From positions 21,030-85,029 of the forward strand of contig JAJRTN010000039.1 in assembly GCA_024278275.1 (NCBI GenBank): a stretch of 64,000 bases of DNA, written 5' to 3'. This DNA is from Candidatus Hydrogenedentota bacterium. Its GTDB lineage: Bacteria > Hydrogenedentota > Hydrogenedentia > Hydrogenedentales > JAJRTN01. The first letter of the stretch is position 1. The number at the start of each line of letters is the position of its first letter. Shown here in pieces: positions 49,346 to 59,107 of the stretch. A model generated the notes under the pieces. The model was not told where the DNA came from and did no database searches. It saw nothing but the letters and a program-made list of their open reading frames with translations. The translations under genes and the position numbers were made by a program.

Positions 49346-50464
49346 ATGGGACGGACCAAATCGAGCCAGATCGCCGAGGCGATTCTGCGCGACTATATTC
49401 ACCATGGCCCGTTGTCCCCCGGTACACGGTTGCCGAGTGTCCGTGATTTGCAGCGGGTATATAACACGTCCAGTACGGCGGTCTCCCATGCGCTGAGCAT
49501 GCTTGAGGCCCAGGGGTTGATCTGGAAACACCACGGCAAAGGCTGCTTTGTCGCGGAGGCCCGAAAAAACGAACCGTCCGTGGCCCGCTCCGACACGATA
49601 GGGCTCGTCATTCCCTTGCCCGCCAGCGAAAACCTGCTGATGCGCCTTTTCGTGGGCGTGGAAGGCGTGTGCAATCGCGCCGGCTACACCCTGATGGTCG
49701 GCGTCAGCGGGTGGAAATATGCGCAAGAGCGGGAACAGGTGCGCCGTCTCGAAGAAGCGGGGTGCAAAGCCATCGTGGTGAATCCCGTGTTCCGGCTGCG
49801 CGAGCATTACGGCGACGACTACCTGGTCCAACGGGAAGGGGGTGTTCCCCTGGTATTGGTGGATATGGCGCCGGATGACTATCCCCACTCGCGGGTGCTT
49901 TTCGATAATTACCGTGCGGGCTATGAGATGACCCGGCTTCTCTTGTCGCGGGGTCACGAGCATATCGCTTTCATGAAGACCTGTTCCCCGGAAGGCGAAT
50001 TGCTGCACCGTTCCAACCATGAACGGTTCGAGGGGTATATGGACGCGATGCAGGAAACAGGACATGCCGTCCGTGACGGGGATGTATGGCACATTCCCTC
50101 CACGCCCTGGTACGACATGGCCGATATATGCCGGTGTCTCCGCGCGTGGCGAGAGCAGTCTGAGCGGGCCACGGCGGTGATCACTATCGAGGATGCTTGC
50201 GCCGCGGGCACGGTGGCCGAAGCCCGGCACCTGCACATTGACGTTCCCACGGACCTGGCCGTGGCAGGCTTCGACAACCTGCCCATGGGCGAATCGGTCC
50301 ATCCCCCCTTCCCCACCACCCAGGCGGATTTCGCCCTGGCCGGCGAGGTGGCCGCACGTTTGGCGCTTCGCCACATCGCGAGGAAGCTGCCGCAACCCGT
50401 GTCCTATCTGCTGCCGGTGCCCCTGGTCCCGCGTGACGTACCCGTGCGGGCCGCATCACGCTGA
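49346..50464 (+). CDS. GntR-family transcriptional regulator with LacI-type sugar-binding (periplasmic-binding-fold) effector domain
   Basis: winged HTH ...LPSVRDLQRVYNTSSTAVSHALSMLEAQGLIWKHHGKGCFV, then IGLVIPLPASENLLMRLFVGVEGV... Divergent from the DUF1559 gene across an AT-rich 270-bp spacer. Confidence 0.8.
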   Translation: MGRTKSSQIAEAILRDYIHHGPLSPGTRLPSVRDLQRVYNTSSTAVSHALSMLEAQGLIWKHHGKGCFVAEARKNEPSVARSDTIGLVIPLPASENLLMRLFVGVEGVCNRAGYTLMVGVSGWKYAQEREQVRRLEEAGCKAIVVNPVFRLREHYGDDYLVQREGGVPLVLVDMAPDDYPHSRVLFDNYRAGYEMTRLLLSRGHEHIAFMKTCSPEGELLHRSNHERFEGYMDAMQETGHAVRDGDVWHIPSTPWYDMADICRCLRAWREQSERATAVITIEDACAAGTVAEARHLHIDVPTDLAVAGFDNLPMGESVHPPFPTTQADFALAGEVAARLALRHIARKLPQPVSYLLPVPLVPRDVPVRAASR

Positions 50465-50539
50465 GTTCGGCGAAGGAAAGACCAGGAACGAAGCAGTGAC
50501 AGCAAGGGGGAGATGACTACCTCGATAGGAAAGGATCCC

Positions 50540-51151
50540 CTACCCACCGTTCCCCGTGCTTTCATCGAAGAGGCCATGGTTTACGGTCAGGTGTTGGCCG
50601 TCTTCGAGATGCCTTCCGAGAATAAAGAAGTAATCGCTCAGGCGATTGACAAAAACCAACAGGTGTTCGCAGGCAAAACCGCGCTCCCGTTCCCGAAGAC
50701 GCACCAGGTTACGTTCGAGGGCCCGCGCGACGGTCGCCGTGAGGTCGGCCTCGGCGGCAAGCAGGTTGCCCGCGGAAACGATGAAGTCCTTGGGCAGGGC
50801 GAGCGTTGCTTCGAGCCGGGCCTGCTCCGCTTCGAGACGCGCCACGTGTGCCGGACCGATGTCGGTCTTTCGGTATTCCGGGTGCCGGTTCCGAAAATCA
50901 CTGATGGCCGCTCCCATGGCAAAGCACGCATGAAGCAGCCAGAACAGGAAAGCGGCGGTCTGTTCGTCCTCGGGCCGTTGCTCCAGGAGACGCAGTCGGA
51001 GCAGGGCGGTTTGGGTGCGCAGCGCGTCCACCGCGCCGGTGCATTCGATGACGGGAGCGCCCTTGGACACCGTGTCCCCGCCCAGGGTGCGCGTGCTCCC
51101 CGCGTCACCGCGCTTCGTGGTGATCCGCGAAGGTTTCTTCCGGTCAACCAA
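50540..51151 (-). CDS. ATP:cob(I)alamin adenosyltransferase, PduO-type
   Basis: ITTKRGDAGSTRTLGG...VSKGAPVIECTGAVDAL, collinear with the PduO/MMAB N-terminal motif. Confidence 0.8.
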   Translation of the reverse strand: MVDRKKPSRITTKRGDAGSTRTLGGDTVSKGAPVIECTGAVDALRTQTALLRLRLLEQRPEDEQTAAFLFWLLHACFAMGAAISDFRNRHPEYRKTDIGPAHVARLEAEQARLEATLALPKDFIVSAGNLLAAEADLTATVARALERNLVRLRERERGFACEHLLVFVNRLSDYFFILGRHLEDGQHLTVNHGLFDESTGNGG

Positions 51152-51905
51152 GGCGAATCCCCACGGGGCAATGATCCGAGCCCATCACCTGGTCGAGAAT
51201 GAAGGCCTCCTTCACGCAGGGCAGGAAGTCCTCGTTCACACAATGATAGTCCAGGCGCCAGCCGATATTCCGCGGCCGTGCGCGGGTCCGGTAGGACCAC
51301 CACGAATAATGGCCCGGCTCATCGCAGAAATGGCGGAAGGTGTCCACGTAGCCGTGGCCGAGAAAGCGGGTCATGGCCCGGCGTTCCTCGATATAGTAGC
51401 CCGCGTTGTTTTCGTTGGCTTCGGGCCGCGCCAGGTCGATGGGCTTGTGAGCGATATTGAAATCACCGCAGAGAATGACGTTTTTCCCCTGTTTCACCAG
51501 TTTGTTGGAAAAGCGCGTAACGGACTTGCAGAAATCGAGCTTGTAGTCCAGCCGTGCCCGCTCGGCCTGGCTGTTGGGCCAGTAGCCGTTGAGGATGGTG
51601 AAGTCCGGGTATTCCAGCACCTGGAGCCGGCCCTCGTCGTCGAAGCGCTTCAGCCCGATGGTGCCCACGGAGACCGGTTTCTCGCGCACAAAGGCCGCCG
51701 TACCCGCGTAGCCCTTCTTGACGGCGGGATTCCACAGGCTTATGTATCCGAAGGGACGCAGTTCTTCCGGTTTCAGGTCGCCGGGCAAGGCCCGGGACTC
51801 CTGGATACAGAGAATGTCCGGCCGGGCCTCCTCCAGCCAGGACAGGAAGCCGTTTTTCAGGGCGGCGCGGATGCCGTTCACGTTCCAGGAAAGGATGGTG
51901 ATCAT
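51144..51905 (-). CDS. xth: exodeoxyribonuclease III (AP endonuclease, ExoIII/APE1 family)
   Basis: MITILSWNVNGIRA, LCIQESR, CGDFNIAH, SDHCPV motifs. Confidence 0.92.
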   Translation of the reverse strand: MITILSWNVNGIRAALKNGFLSWLEEARPDILCIQESRALPGDLKPEELRPFGYISLWNPAVKKGYAGTAAFVREKPVSVGTIGLKRFDDEGRLQVLEYPDFTILNGYWPNSQAERARLDYKLDFCKSVTRFSNKLVKQGKNVILCGDFNIAHKPIDLARPEANENNAGYYIEERRAMTRFLGHGYVDTFRHFCDEPGHYSWWSYRTRARPRNIGWRLDYHCVNEDFLPCVKEAFILDQVMGSDHCPVGIRLG

Positions 51906-51974
51906 GGGGATTCCTCGACGGTCGTTGTCCGGTGATGGAACCGAGCATAGCGGCCCTGGTTTGTCTCATGCAAA

Positions 51975-52003
51975 CCCCGCGGGAATGGAGTACCCTTCCC
52001 GTG
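51975..52003. repeat. degenerate relative of the palindromic repeat (subfamily 2), copy G
   Basis: aaccccgcgggaatggagtacccttcccgtg, resembling ggtcccccgcgggaatgcc from copy E. Confidence 0.3.
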
Positions 52004-52121
52004 TCCGATCCAAAAGACGGCAAGCCACCGGTATAAGAGCGCTCCGGAAAGGACGTCCCCCATGTCCCATTGTCCCCCGCAACGCCCGCCCCGGTTCTCC
52101 TCCGTGAGGCCGCCGCCGGGT

Positions 52122-53126
52122 TCATCGCCGTTCATCGCCGCCCATCATTTCAACGAAGCCGCGGAGAAGGCGTCCGTCGAGTTGGCGTTGCAGGGTGCGG
52201 CTCATATCGCTGAGGGCGCGGAAGCTCGACAGGCCCTTTCGGTGGTGTTGGTCGGTGGTAAGTGCGTCGAAAACATCGGCAATGGTCACGATTCGGGCGA
52301 AGGGGGGAATCTCGCTTCCGGAAAGACGATGGGGATAACCGGTGCCGTCGATTCGTTCCTGGTGGTGCAGCACGATATCCAGGGCAATTTCGCCAAGGCA
52401 GTTTGCCTCGGCGAGCGTCTCGTAGCCCTTGAGGGGATAGGTTTTCATTTCCTCCCACTCTTTTTCGGTGAGGGGACCGTCCTTTTTGAGGATACGCTGG
52501 TTGATGGCCTTTTTCCCCACATCGTGGAAAAGAGCGCCGTTGGCCACCTCGCGCAGGGTGGGGGTGTCGGTGGTACCCATGCGCATGGCGAGGGCCACGC
52601 TGTAGGCCACCACGTTCACGCTGTGGGTATAGAGGTAGTAGTCGCAGGAAATGGTGCGGAGCATATGCTCGAGGAGAAAGTCGCGGGAGGTCATGAACTC
52701 GACGGTGTGGCGCACGATATCCTTGCCGCGCTTGAGCGTTTCCCGCGATCCGGGTTTTTCAAGCACTTCGCCCACCACCGCCTGGGCCGAGTCATAGAGT
52801 ACGGCGGCCTTCTCGCGGACCGGGAGCCTGCGGTCGTTCAGGATGTCTTCGAGGTTGTCGGCGATATACCGGCTGTACCGCCCCCGCTCCCGCTCGCGGA
52901 CGTAGAGCACCCGGATCTTGTTCTGGTGCAGCTTGGCGCGGGCGGCCTCGTTGAACGGCGTGTCCTTGCGGCAATAGAGCACGAAGGGCTGATCGGCGCC
53001 CGACCGGAAGTAGAGAGAGAAGAAAGGCGCCGTATCGAGCCGAAGGGCGGACAGCTTGACGGGCAGATAGGTTTCCCCGTCATGGACTACTGGTTCGTTC
53101 TGTTCCGTTGCCATGCCTGGGGCCAC
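52122..53126 (-). CDS. HD-GYP domain protein (predicted c-di-GMP phosphodiesterase)
   Basis: HDVGK and HHERIDGTGYP motifs. Probable GTG start at 53126 after AAGGAG (alternative ATG at 53114). Confidence 0.85.
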   Translation of the reverse strand: MAPGMATEQNEPVVHDGETYLPVKLSALRLDTAPFFSLYFRSGADQPFVLYCRKDTPFNEAARAKLHQNKIRVLYVRERERGRYSRYIADNLEDILNDRRLPVREKAAVLYDSAQAVVGEVLEKPGSRETLKRGKDIVRHTVEFMTSRDFLLEHMLRTISCDYYLYTHSVNVVAYSVALAMRMGTTDTPTLREVANGALFHDVGKKAINQRILKKDGPLTEKEWEEMKTYPLKGYETLAEANCLGEIALDIVLHHQERIDGTGYPHRLSGSEIPPFARIVTIADVFDALTTDQHHRKGLSSFRALSDMSRTLQRQLDGRLLRGFVEMMGGDERR

Positions 53127-53452
53127 CGTCTCTTCTCCTTCCCGCTTTATCCCGGCCCGCCCGCCTGTTTATCCAGGTAATGGCCGCCGTTTTGCCGCCG
53201 CCCGTCACGACGTTCAGCAACAGCCCCTTCGCCCGATCTTCGTCTGGCCCAGGACTTCGTGCGAGCAGATCACCCGCAGGAACGCGGCCCACTGGTGCGG
53301 CCACAGTGTCCCTTCCCGAGGAGCCTGGTCGTTGTCGGGCGCACTCAGGAAATCGATGTATTGATAGGTCTCCGCCTTGACGCCGGGATAGCCATCCCGC
53401 CGCCAGTCGATAAATGCCTGCTCATGTCTTGCAAATTGATTGAACATTGCAA

Positions 53453-53809
53453 CTAATCGTCCCGCATCTCATCAGGTATGATCTTCCTGAGCATGGCGAT
53501 CAATTCCGGAATCCGACGCGTGGCAATGCCCCATATCGCTTCATGAAGAATTTCGTCATATTCATGTGCCAATACGTTGCGCTGCCCGACAATGGCGCAC
53601 CAGGGAATTTCCGGGCTCCCCTGTCTGGTTGCCTCGGATACGCGCCGCGCCGCTTCCCCGACAATCTCGACGTGGCGTTCAACGGCACCCCGCAACATGC
53701 GATTTGCCAGGTAATCGTGATAGGTCTTGCCGCGAACGAATTCCTCGACCGCCAAAGCCGCGTCCAGCATATCCCACAGGTAAGCCTTGTCGCGTTCCTC
53801 AGGCCGCAT
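53453..53809 (-). CDS. HepT-like (DUF86) toxin ribonuclease of a nucleotidyltransferase-type TA pair
   Basis: 118 aa, Rx4HxY motif in RNVLAHEY. Confidence 0.85.
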   Translation of the reverse strand: MRPEERDKAYLWDMLDAALAVEEFVRGKTYHDYLANRMLRGAVERHVEIVGEAARRVSEATRQGSPEIPWCAIVGQRNVLAHEYDEILHEAIWGIATRRIPELIAMLRKIIPDEMRDD

Positions 53810-54101
53810 GGATCACCTCCCGGTTCGAGAGTATTTCACGCCGGCGATAGGGGTTGCGCAGTGCTTCCTTGGCGACGATATCCACTTCACGACCGGCAAT
53901 CGAAATCAGTTCGTCGCGCATCTCCACCAAATCCCACAGGTCCCAGGGCGCCCGCTGGCCGAAGCTCACCAGGAAGTCCAGATCACTTTCCGGGCCGAAA
54001 TCGTCGCGCAAGGCCGACCCGAAGATCGACAATTCGCGTATCTTCCACTTGCGGCAGAACGCCGCCAAGGCATCTCGGTCCAGTTGCACATTCGGGTTCA
54101 T
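53799..54101 (-). CDS. MNT-type minimal nucleotidyltransferase antitoxin
   Basis: 100 aa, GSALRDDFGPESDLDFLV (GSx9-10DxD). Overlaps the HepT gene by 11 nt. Confidence 0.85.
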   Translation of the reverse strand: MNPNVQLDRDALAAFCRKWKIRELSIFGSALRDDFGPESDLDFLVSFGQRAPWDLWDLVEMRDELISIAGREVDIVAKEALRNPYRRREILSNREVIHAA

Positions 54102-54385
54102 AGCCTCTTCTCCTCGGCACCCATCCTACTCCACCTCGATCTCGCCGGTCCACGTCCCCCCGTCGCCCATATCGTCCTGACCTTCATGGCGATGCGTTCC
54201 GCTCTTCGGGAACGCGTATTCGCCTGCAACGCGGTTCCATTTTCTCGCCTTTGCCGTGCGCGAACGGAAATCCCGGCGTACGCGAAAAGCGCTTGCCGTT
54301 CCGGCCCGCCGCCATGTTTTCCAGCTCCCCTGTATGTGTTGCCGGGACGGAATGATGTGCCTTGGCGCTTCCGCCGCATTCCATG

Positions 54386-55906
54386 TCAAATCTTGAACTC
54401 GGCCCGGTTCCGGGTCCGCATGAACTTGATATCGTGAATATGGAAATCCGGAAGGGATTCAACCTCGACAACCCGCTCGAAGCGTTTGCAGATAGCGTCC
54501 AGCAATTCCGCGTTTTCCGTGCGCAACCGCCGCGCCACGTCGGGATGTACCTGCAGGGTGATGTGCTTGTCCCGGGTCTGACAGCAGAGGCTTTGCAACT
54601 TGCGCAGCACGTCGAAGGTCATGGTGGTCACGGACCGCACCTGGCCGCTGCCTTCGCAGTAGGGGCAGGTTTGGGACAGGGCGCTCATAAGGTTATGCTT
54701 CACCCGCTTGCGGGTCATCTCGATGAGACCCAGTTCGCTCACCTCCGAGATGGTGGTCTTGGCGCGATCCTTCTTCACCGCGTCGCTGAGCTGCTGGATG
54801 AGGGCGCGCTTGTTTTTCGCGAAGCGCATGTCAATGAAATCGCAGACAATGATGCCGCCCATGTCGCGCAGGCGCAACTGGCGCGCAATTTCATCCGCGG
54901 CCTCCAGGTTCGTCTTGAACACCGTATCTTCGAGTTGGCGCTTGCCCGTGAACTTGCCCGTGTTCACGTCAATCGCCACCAGCGCTTCCGTCTGGTCGAT
55001 GCAGATGTGACCGCCGCTCGGAAGATGCACCTTGCGGCGCAGGGCCTTGGTGATCTGATCTTCCACGCCCAGTTTGTCAAAGATGGGCCGCTTCATCTTG
55101 TAGAGCTTGACCCGCTTGCTTAACGACGGGGCCAGGGCGTCGAGAAAACCCAGGATACGGGCGTACTCCTCCTCGCTGTCCACCACGAGCCGGTCGATAT
55201 CCGTCGTGAACTGGTCGCGAACCACCCGGCGGATGGGGCCCAGGTCCTCGCGCACCAGGCCGGCGCCGTTCATGCGTTCAAACTTCTCCTTGGCCCGTTC
55301 CCACATCCGCGCGAGGTACTTGGCGTCGCTCTGGAAATCGGCCTTGCTCTTGCCCTCGCCCGCGGTCCGCGTGATGAGACCGCAATCCTTGGGGCGTACC
55401 TGGCGCAGGATCTGCCGCAACCGATCCCGTTCCTTGCTCGATTCAATTTTTCGGGAGACGCCCAGGGTCTTCACCGTGGGCATGAGCACGGCGAAACGGC
55501 CCGGAATGGTGATAAAGTTCGTCAGGCGCGGTCCCTTGGTGCCGAGGCGATCCTTGACCACCTGGACCATCACCGACTGTCCCCGTTTGAGCATGGTCTC
55601 GATGGGTTGCTGCCGCGCTCGCCGGGCACGGGTCTTGGCGCGGGGCGCGTCATCGTTAAGTTCAATATCGCCCGTGCCTTCCGCACCCGCAATATCGGAG
55701 ACGTAGAGAAAACCGTTTTTCTCAAAGCCGATGTCGATGAAGGCGGCTTGCATACCCGGTACGACCGAATCGACCACGCCCTTGTAAATGTTTCCCACGA
55801 TACTGGGGTTTTCCTGGCGCTCGATAATGAGTTCCACCAGGCGCTCCTCCTCCAGGCGCGCGATGCGCGTCTCCAGGGGACTTACATTAATAATCAATTC
55901 TTTCAT
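54386..55906 (-). CDS. rng: ribonuclease G (RNase E/G family, S1 plus catalytic domain)
   Basis: 506 aa, MKELIINVSPLETRIARLEE...GNIYKGVV, collinear with RNase G. Follows the mre/mrd cluster. Confidence 0.9.
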   Translation of the reverse strand: MKELIINVSPLETRIARLEEERLVELIIERQENPSIVGNIYKGVVDSVVPGMQAAFIDIGFEKNGFLYVSDIAGAEGTGDIELNDDAPRAKTRARRARQQPIETMLKRGQSVMVQVVKDRLGTKGPRLTNFITIPGRFAVLMPTVKTLGVSRKIESSKERDRLRQILRQVRPKDCGLITRTAGEGKSKADFQSDAKYLARMWERAKEKFERMNGAGLVREDLGPIRRVVRDQFTTDIDRLVVDSEEEYARILGFLDALAPSLSKRVKLYKMKRPIFDKLGVEDQITKALRRKVHLPSGGHICIDQTEALVAIDVNTGKFTGKRQLEDTVFKTNLEAADEIARQLRLRDMGGIIVCDFIDMRFAKNKRALIQQLSDAVKKDRAKTTISEVSELGLIEMTRKRVKHNLMSALSQTCPYCEGSGQVRSVTTMTFDVLRKLQSLCCQTRDKHITLQVHPDVARRLRTENAELLDAICKRFERVVEVESLPDFHIHDIKFMRTRNRAEFKI

Positions 55907-55931
55907 TGTTTACCTGTTCATAAGTGTGTGT

Positions 55932-57185
55932 TTAATAAATAAAGGCGCGCTTGCGCATGGGCACGCTCAGCAGGATGCCGACGCCGGCCATGGTCGCCAT
56001 GTAGAAAGAGCCGCCATAACTGAGGAAGGGCAAAGGAAGCCCCGTCACCGGCAACAGTCCCACGGTGATCCCTATATTAACAAATACGTGGAACGCCAGG
56101 ATGGTGACCACGCCCGCGGCCAACAGCGTTCCCATCATTTCCGGGCAATCCCGGGCGAAGATGAGCCCCCGCAACAGGAGCGCGGTGAAAAGCCCGATGA
56201 CCACGGCGGCCCCGATAAAGCCCCGTTCCTCCGCGAGGGTGGAGAAGATGAAATCCGTGTGATGCTCGGGCAGATACCGCAGGCGCGTCATTTCCCCCTT
56301 GAGAAAGCCCTTTCCCTTCAACCCGCCGCTGCCCACGGTGATCTTGCTCTGCACGGTTTGCCACGCGCTCCCCCGTGGGTCCGATTCGGGGTGGAGGAAG
56401 GTATAGATCCGCATCTTCTGATGCCAGTGCAGATCGTAGAAATCCCGGTTTTCCTGGTACGCCTTTTTCATCTCCTCCAGGATGGCCCGCTTGCCGCGCT
56501 CGTTGGCGGCCAGGTATTCCTCGGTTTCCGGATTGAAGTCCTTCATCTCGAACCAGACATAGGGCACGAGGGCACTGCCGATTAGAATAAGCGCCAACAG
56601 GTGCCGCACACGGCAGCCCGCCACGAAGAGCATCACCACGGTCAACGGCGCCAGCGAAGCCGCCGTACCCAGGTTGGGCTGCTTCAGGATCAGCGCCATG
56701 GGAAGGGCGGTGATGACGAAAGTCAGCAGGAACCAATGCAATTTTCGGATGCGTTGCCCCACCTTCGACAAGTACCAGGTCAGCGCGTAAATGAGGGCTA
56801 TCTTCGCCACCTCCGAGGGCTGGAGCAGGAAAAAGCCCAGGTCAATCCAGCGTTCGCTGCCCTTGCGCGCATCGGCCAGTACCAGCACCCACGCCAACAG
56901 CGCCAGGGACCCCACGTAAAAGAGGGGTGCCAGGGCCACGGAAAAGCGGTAGTCCGTGCATAGAATGATGGTGGCCAACACCGAACCGAGGCCGAAGAAC
57001 ATCATCTGCCGTATCAGAAGCGCGCTGCCGCTGCCTTGGGTCGCACTGTAGAGCGTCACGAATCCGAGCAATGCCAGGGCGACGACGAAAATCGGCAGCA
57101 TCCAGTCCACCCGGAGCAGATTCCGCAGAATGAAAATGCGAACCGAGGCGTCACGCACGTCCATGTCTTTTCGCCTTGGTGGCAT
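55932..57185 (-). CDS. rodA: rod shape-determining protein RodA (SEDS family)
   Basis: Start MPPRRKDMDV at 57185 overlapping the mrdA stop (TGATG). Ten TM helices, LSYGGSF near the C-terminus. The track ORF is over-extended to 57314. Confidence 0.88.
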   Translation of the reverse strand: MPPRRKDMDVRDASVRIFILRNLLRVDWMLPIFVVALALLGFVTLYSATQGSGSALLIRQMMFFGLGSVLATIILCTDYRFSVALAPLFYVGSLALLAWVLVLADARKGSERWIDLGFFLLQPSEVAKIALIYALTWYLSKVGQRIRKLHWFLLTFVITALPMALILKQPNLGTAASLAPLTVVMLFVAGCRVRHLLALILIGSALVPYVWFEMKDFNPETEEYLAANERGKRAILEEMKKAYQENRDFYDLHWHQKMRIYTFLHPESDPRGSAWQTVQSKITVGSGGLKGKGFLKGEMTRLRYLPEHHTDFIFSTLAEERGFIGAAVVIGLFTALLLRGLIFARDCPEMMGTLLAAGVVTILAFHVFVNIGITVGLLPVTGLPLPFLSYGGSFYMATMAGVGILLSVPMRKRAFIY

Positions 57186-59107
57186 CAGCCGCCCTCCGCC
57201 CGCGCGGTCGTCATGGCAGGAACCCCGGTTTCGCCATAGAACGCCCGGATAACTTTTTTCGCCAACGGGGCCGCCGATGATGAACCATGATGACCGTGCT
57301 CGACCAATATGCACAGGGCGATGCGTGGTTCCCGGTCGATCACGCCCGCGACAAACCAGGCATGGTCACGCTTGTACTTCGGAATATCTTCCTCCGTGGC
57401 GTACTGTTTGTGTTCATCAAGCGACATGATCTGGGCCGATCCCGTTTTTCCCAGGATGGCCATGCCCTCGATCTTCGCGGCCTTGCCCGTTCCCGTGGGA
57501 GCGCGGTCATCCTTCTCGACGCACTTTCGCATGCCCCGCGTGATGATGTCGAGCGTCCTGTCACTCAGGATACGCTCGGAGAGCTTCGGTCCCCGATCCT
57601 GGTTGAGAAAGGGCCGCACCCGCCAACCGCCGTTCGTCACGCAGGCCATCATGACCGCGGCCTGCAAGGGAGTTGCGCTGACACTGCCCTGCCCGATACT
57701 GACATTCACCGTATCGCCCGGGTACCAATTCCGTTCCCAGACCGGCTCGTCGGCCCGAAGCCTGGCCTTCCATTCCCGCGTGGGAATCAGTCCCGTAATC
57801 TCGCCCGGCAAGTCGATACCCGTTTTTTGGCCCAGGCCCATTTTGTGGGCCCAGGCCGACAGCTTGTCAATACCCAGGGCAAGCCCCACATTGTAGAAGA
57901 ACACGTCACACGAAAAGGCCAAGGCGTCCACCACGCGGATGTTCCCGTGGCCGGCGTGTTTCCAACAGTGAAAGCGACGTCCCTTGCCATTGATTTGAAA
58001 AAAACCGGGGCAATAAAAGCGGGTATTCTCATCAATAATCCCCTCTTCGAGCGCGGCCGCCGCCATCATCACCTTGAACACCGAGCCGGGAGGATAGTTT
58101 TCGCGCATGGCCCGGTTGAAGAGGGGGTTTGGTTTGGGCGCATCAGGCGAGTAGAGCGGCCCCAGGTCGCCGTTGGGATCGAAGGTGGGCGTGCTCGCCA
58201 TGGCCAACACGGCACCCGTGTCGGCCTCCAGCACGACGATGGCGCCCACTTCACCCGCCAGCGCCTCCTCGCATGCCGCCTGTAAGCCAATATCCAACGT
58301 GGTGTGCAATGCTTCGCCCGGCCGGGGGGGGATGCGCTCACCCTCCACCTCGATGATGTGCCCGAGCGTATCCCGCGGCGCCACCACGGGCGTGCCATAG
58401 CGGTCCGACCGCAACACGGACCCGCCCGAAACATACTGGGTTACGAACATGGAGCCGTCCCGGCCATGAAGCAGGCTTTCGTACATCGCCTCAAGTCCCA
58501 ACCGGCCCACCCGGTCGTTCATGGTGTACTTCTCCCCCCACGATTCTTTCTCCCGCCGGGTGATCGCGCTCAAGTGCCCCAATAGCTGGGCGCCCACCTT
58601 TCCGTAAGGGTAATAGCGTTGCGGCCGAACCACGGTAAACACCCCCGGCCCCAGGGCGTAGGCATGTTCCTCGACCCGGACGCGGTCCGCCTTGCTCACG
58701 TCCCGTTTCACCGTTATGGGCTGGTAGGGGGTTCGCGAAAGCGATTTCACGTCCTCCAGCAAGCGGGATGCCGAAACACCCAACAGTTCTTCCAGGGTTC
58801 GGGCGATTTCACCATAGCGTTCCTTGTCGCACTCACCCGGCACCATGACCACGTCCACGCTGGGGCGGTTGTCCGCCAGTATCGCACCTTGGCGGTCGTA
58901 GATACGGCCACGCCCCGCCTTGAGCAACTTCTCCGTCATACGTTGCGATTCCGCCTTCTCGGCGAACTCATGCTGTTGCACCACCTGGAGCTGCCAGAGT
59001 TGATAAACAAGGATGCAGAAGGCCGCCGTCATCAGCACGGCAAAAACCTGCACCCGCGTCTCGACGCCGGCGTAACGGTCCGTCTCTTTTCGCCGCTTTC
59101 CCGGCAT
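57185..59107 (-). CDS. mrdA: penicillin-binding protein 2 (transpeptidase)
   Basis: 640 aa, PBP dimerisation domain plus transpeptidase with SVFK (SxxK), SxN and KTG motifs. Confidence 0.9.
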   Translation of the reverse strand: MPGKRRKETDRYAGVETRVQVFAVLMTAAFCILVYQLWQLQVVQQHEFAEKAESQRMTEKLLKAGRGRIYDRQGAILADNRPSVDVVMVPGECDKERYGEIARTLEELLGVSASRLLEDVKSLSRTPYQPITVKRDVSKADRVRVEEHAYALGPGVFTVVRPQRYYPYGKVGAQLLGHLSAITRREKESWGEKYTMNDRVGRLGLEAMYESLLHGRDGSMFVTQYVSGGSVLRSDRYGTPVVAPRDTLGHIIEVEGERIPPRPGEALHTTLDIGLQAACEEALAGEVGAIVVLEADTGAVLAMASTPTFDPNGDLGPLYSPDAPKPNPLFNRAMRENYPPGSVFKVMMAAAALEEGIIDENTRFYCPGFFQINGKGRRFHCWKHAGHGNIRVVDALAFSCDVFFYNVGLALGIDKLSAWAHKMGLGQKTGIDLPGEITGLIPTREWKARLRADEPVWERNWYPGDTVNVSIGQGSVSATPLQAAVMMACVTNGGWRVRPFLNQDRGPKLSERILSDRTLDIITRGMRKCVEKDDRAPTGTGKAAKIEGMAILGKTGSAQIMSLDEHKQYATEEDIPKYKRDHAWFVAGVIDREPRIALCILVEHGHHGSSSAAPLAKKVIRAFYGETGVPAMTTARAEGG

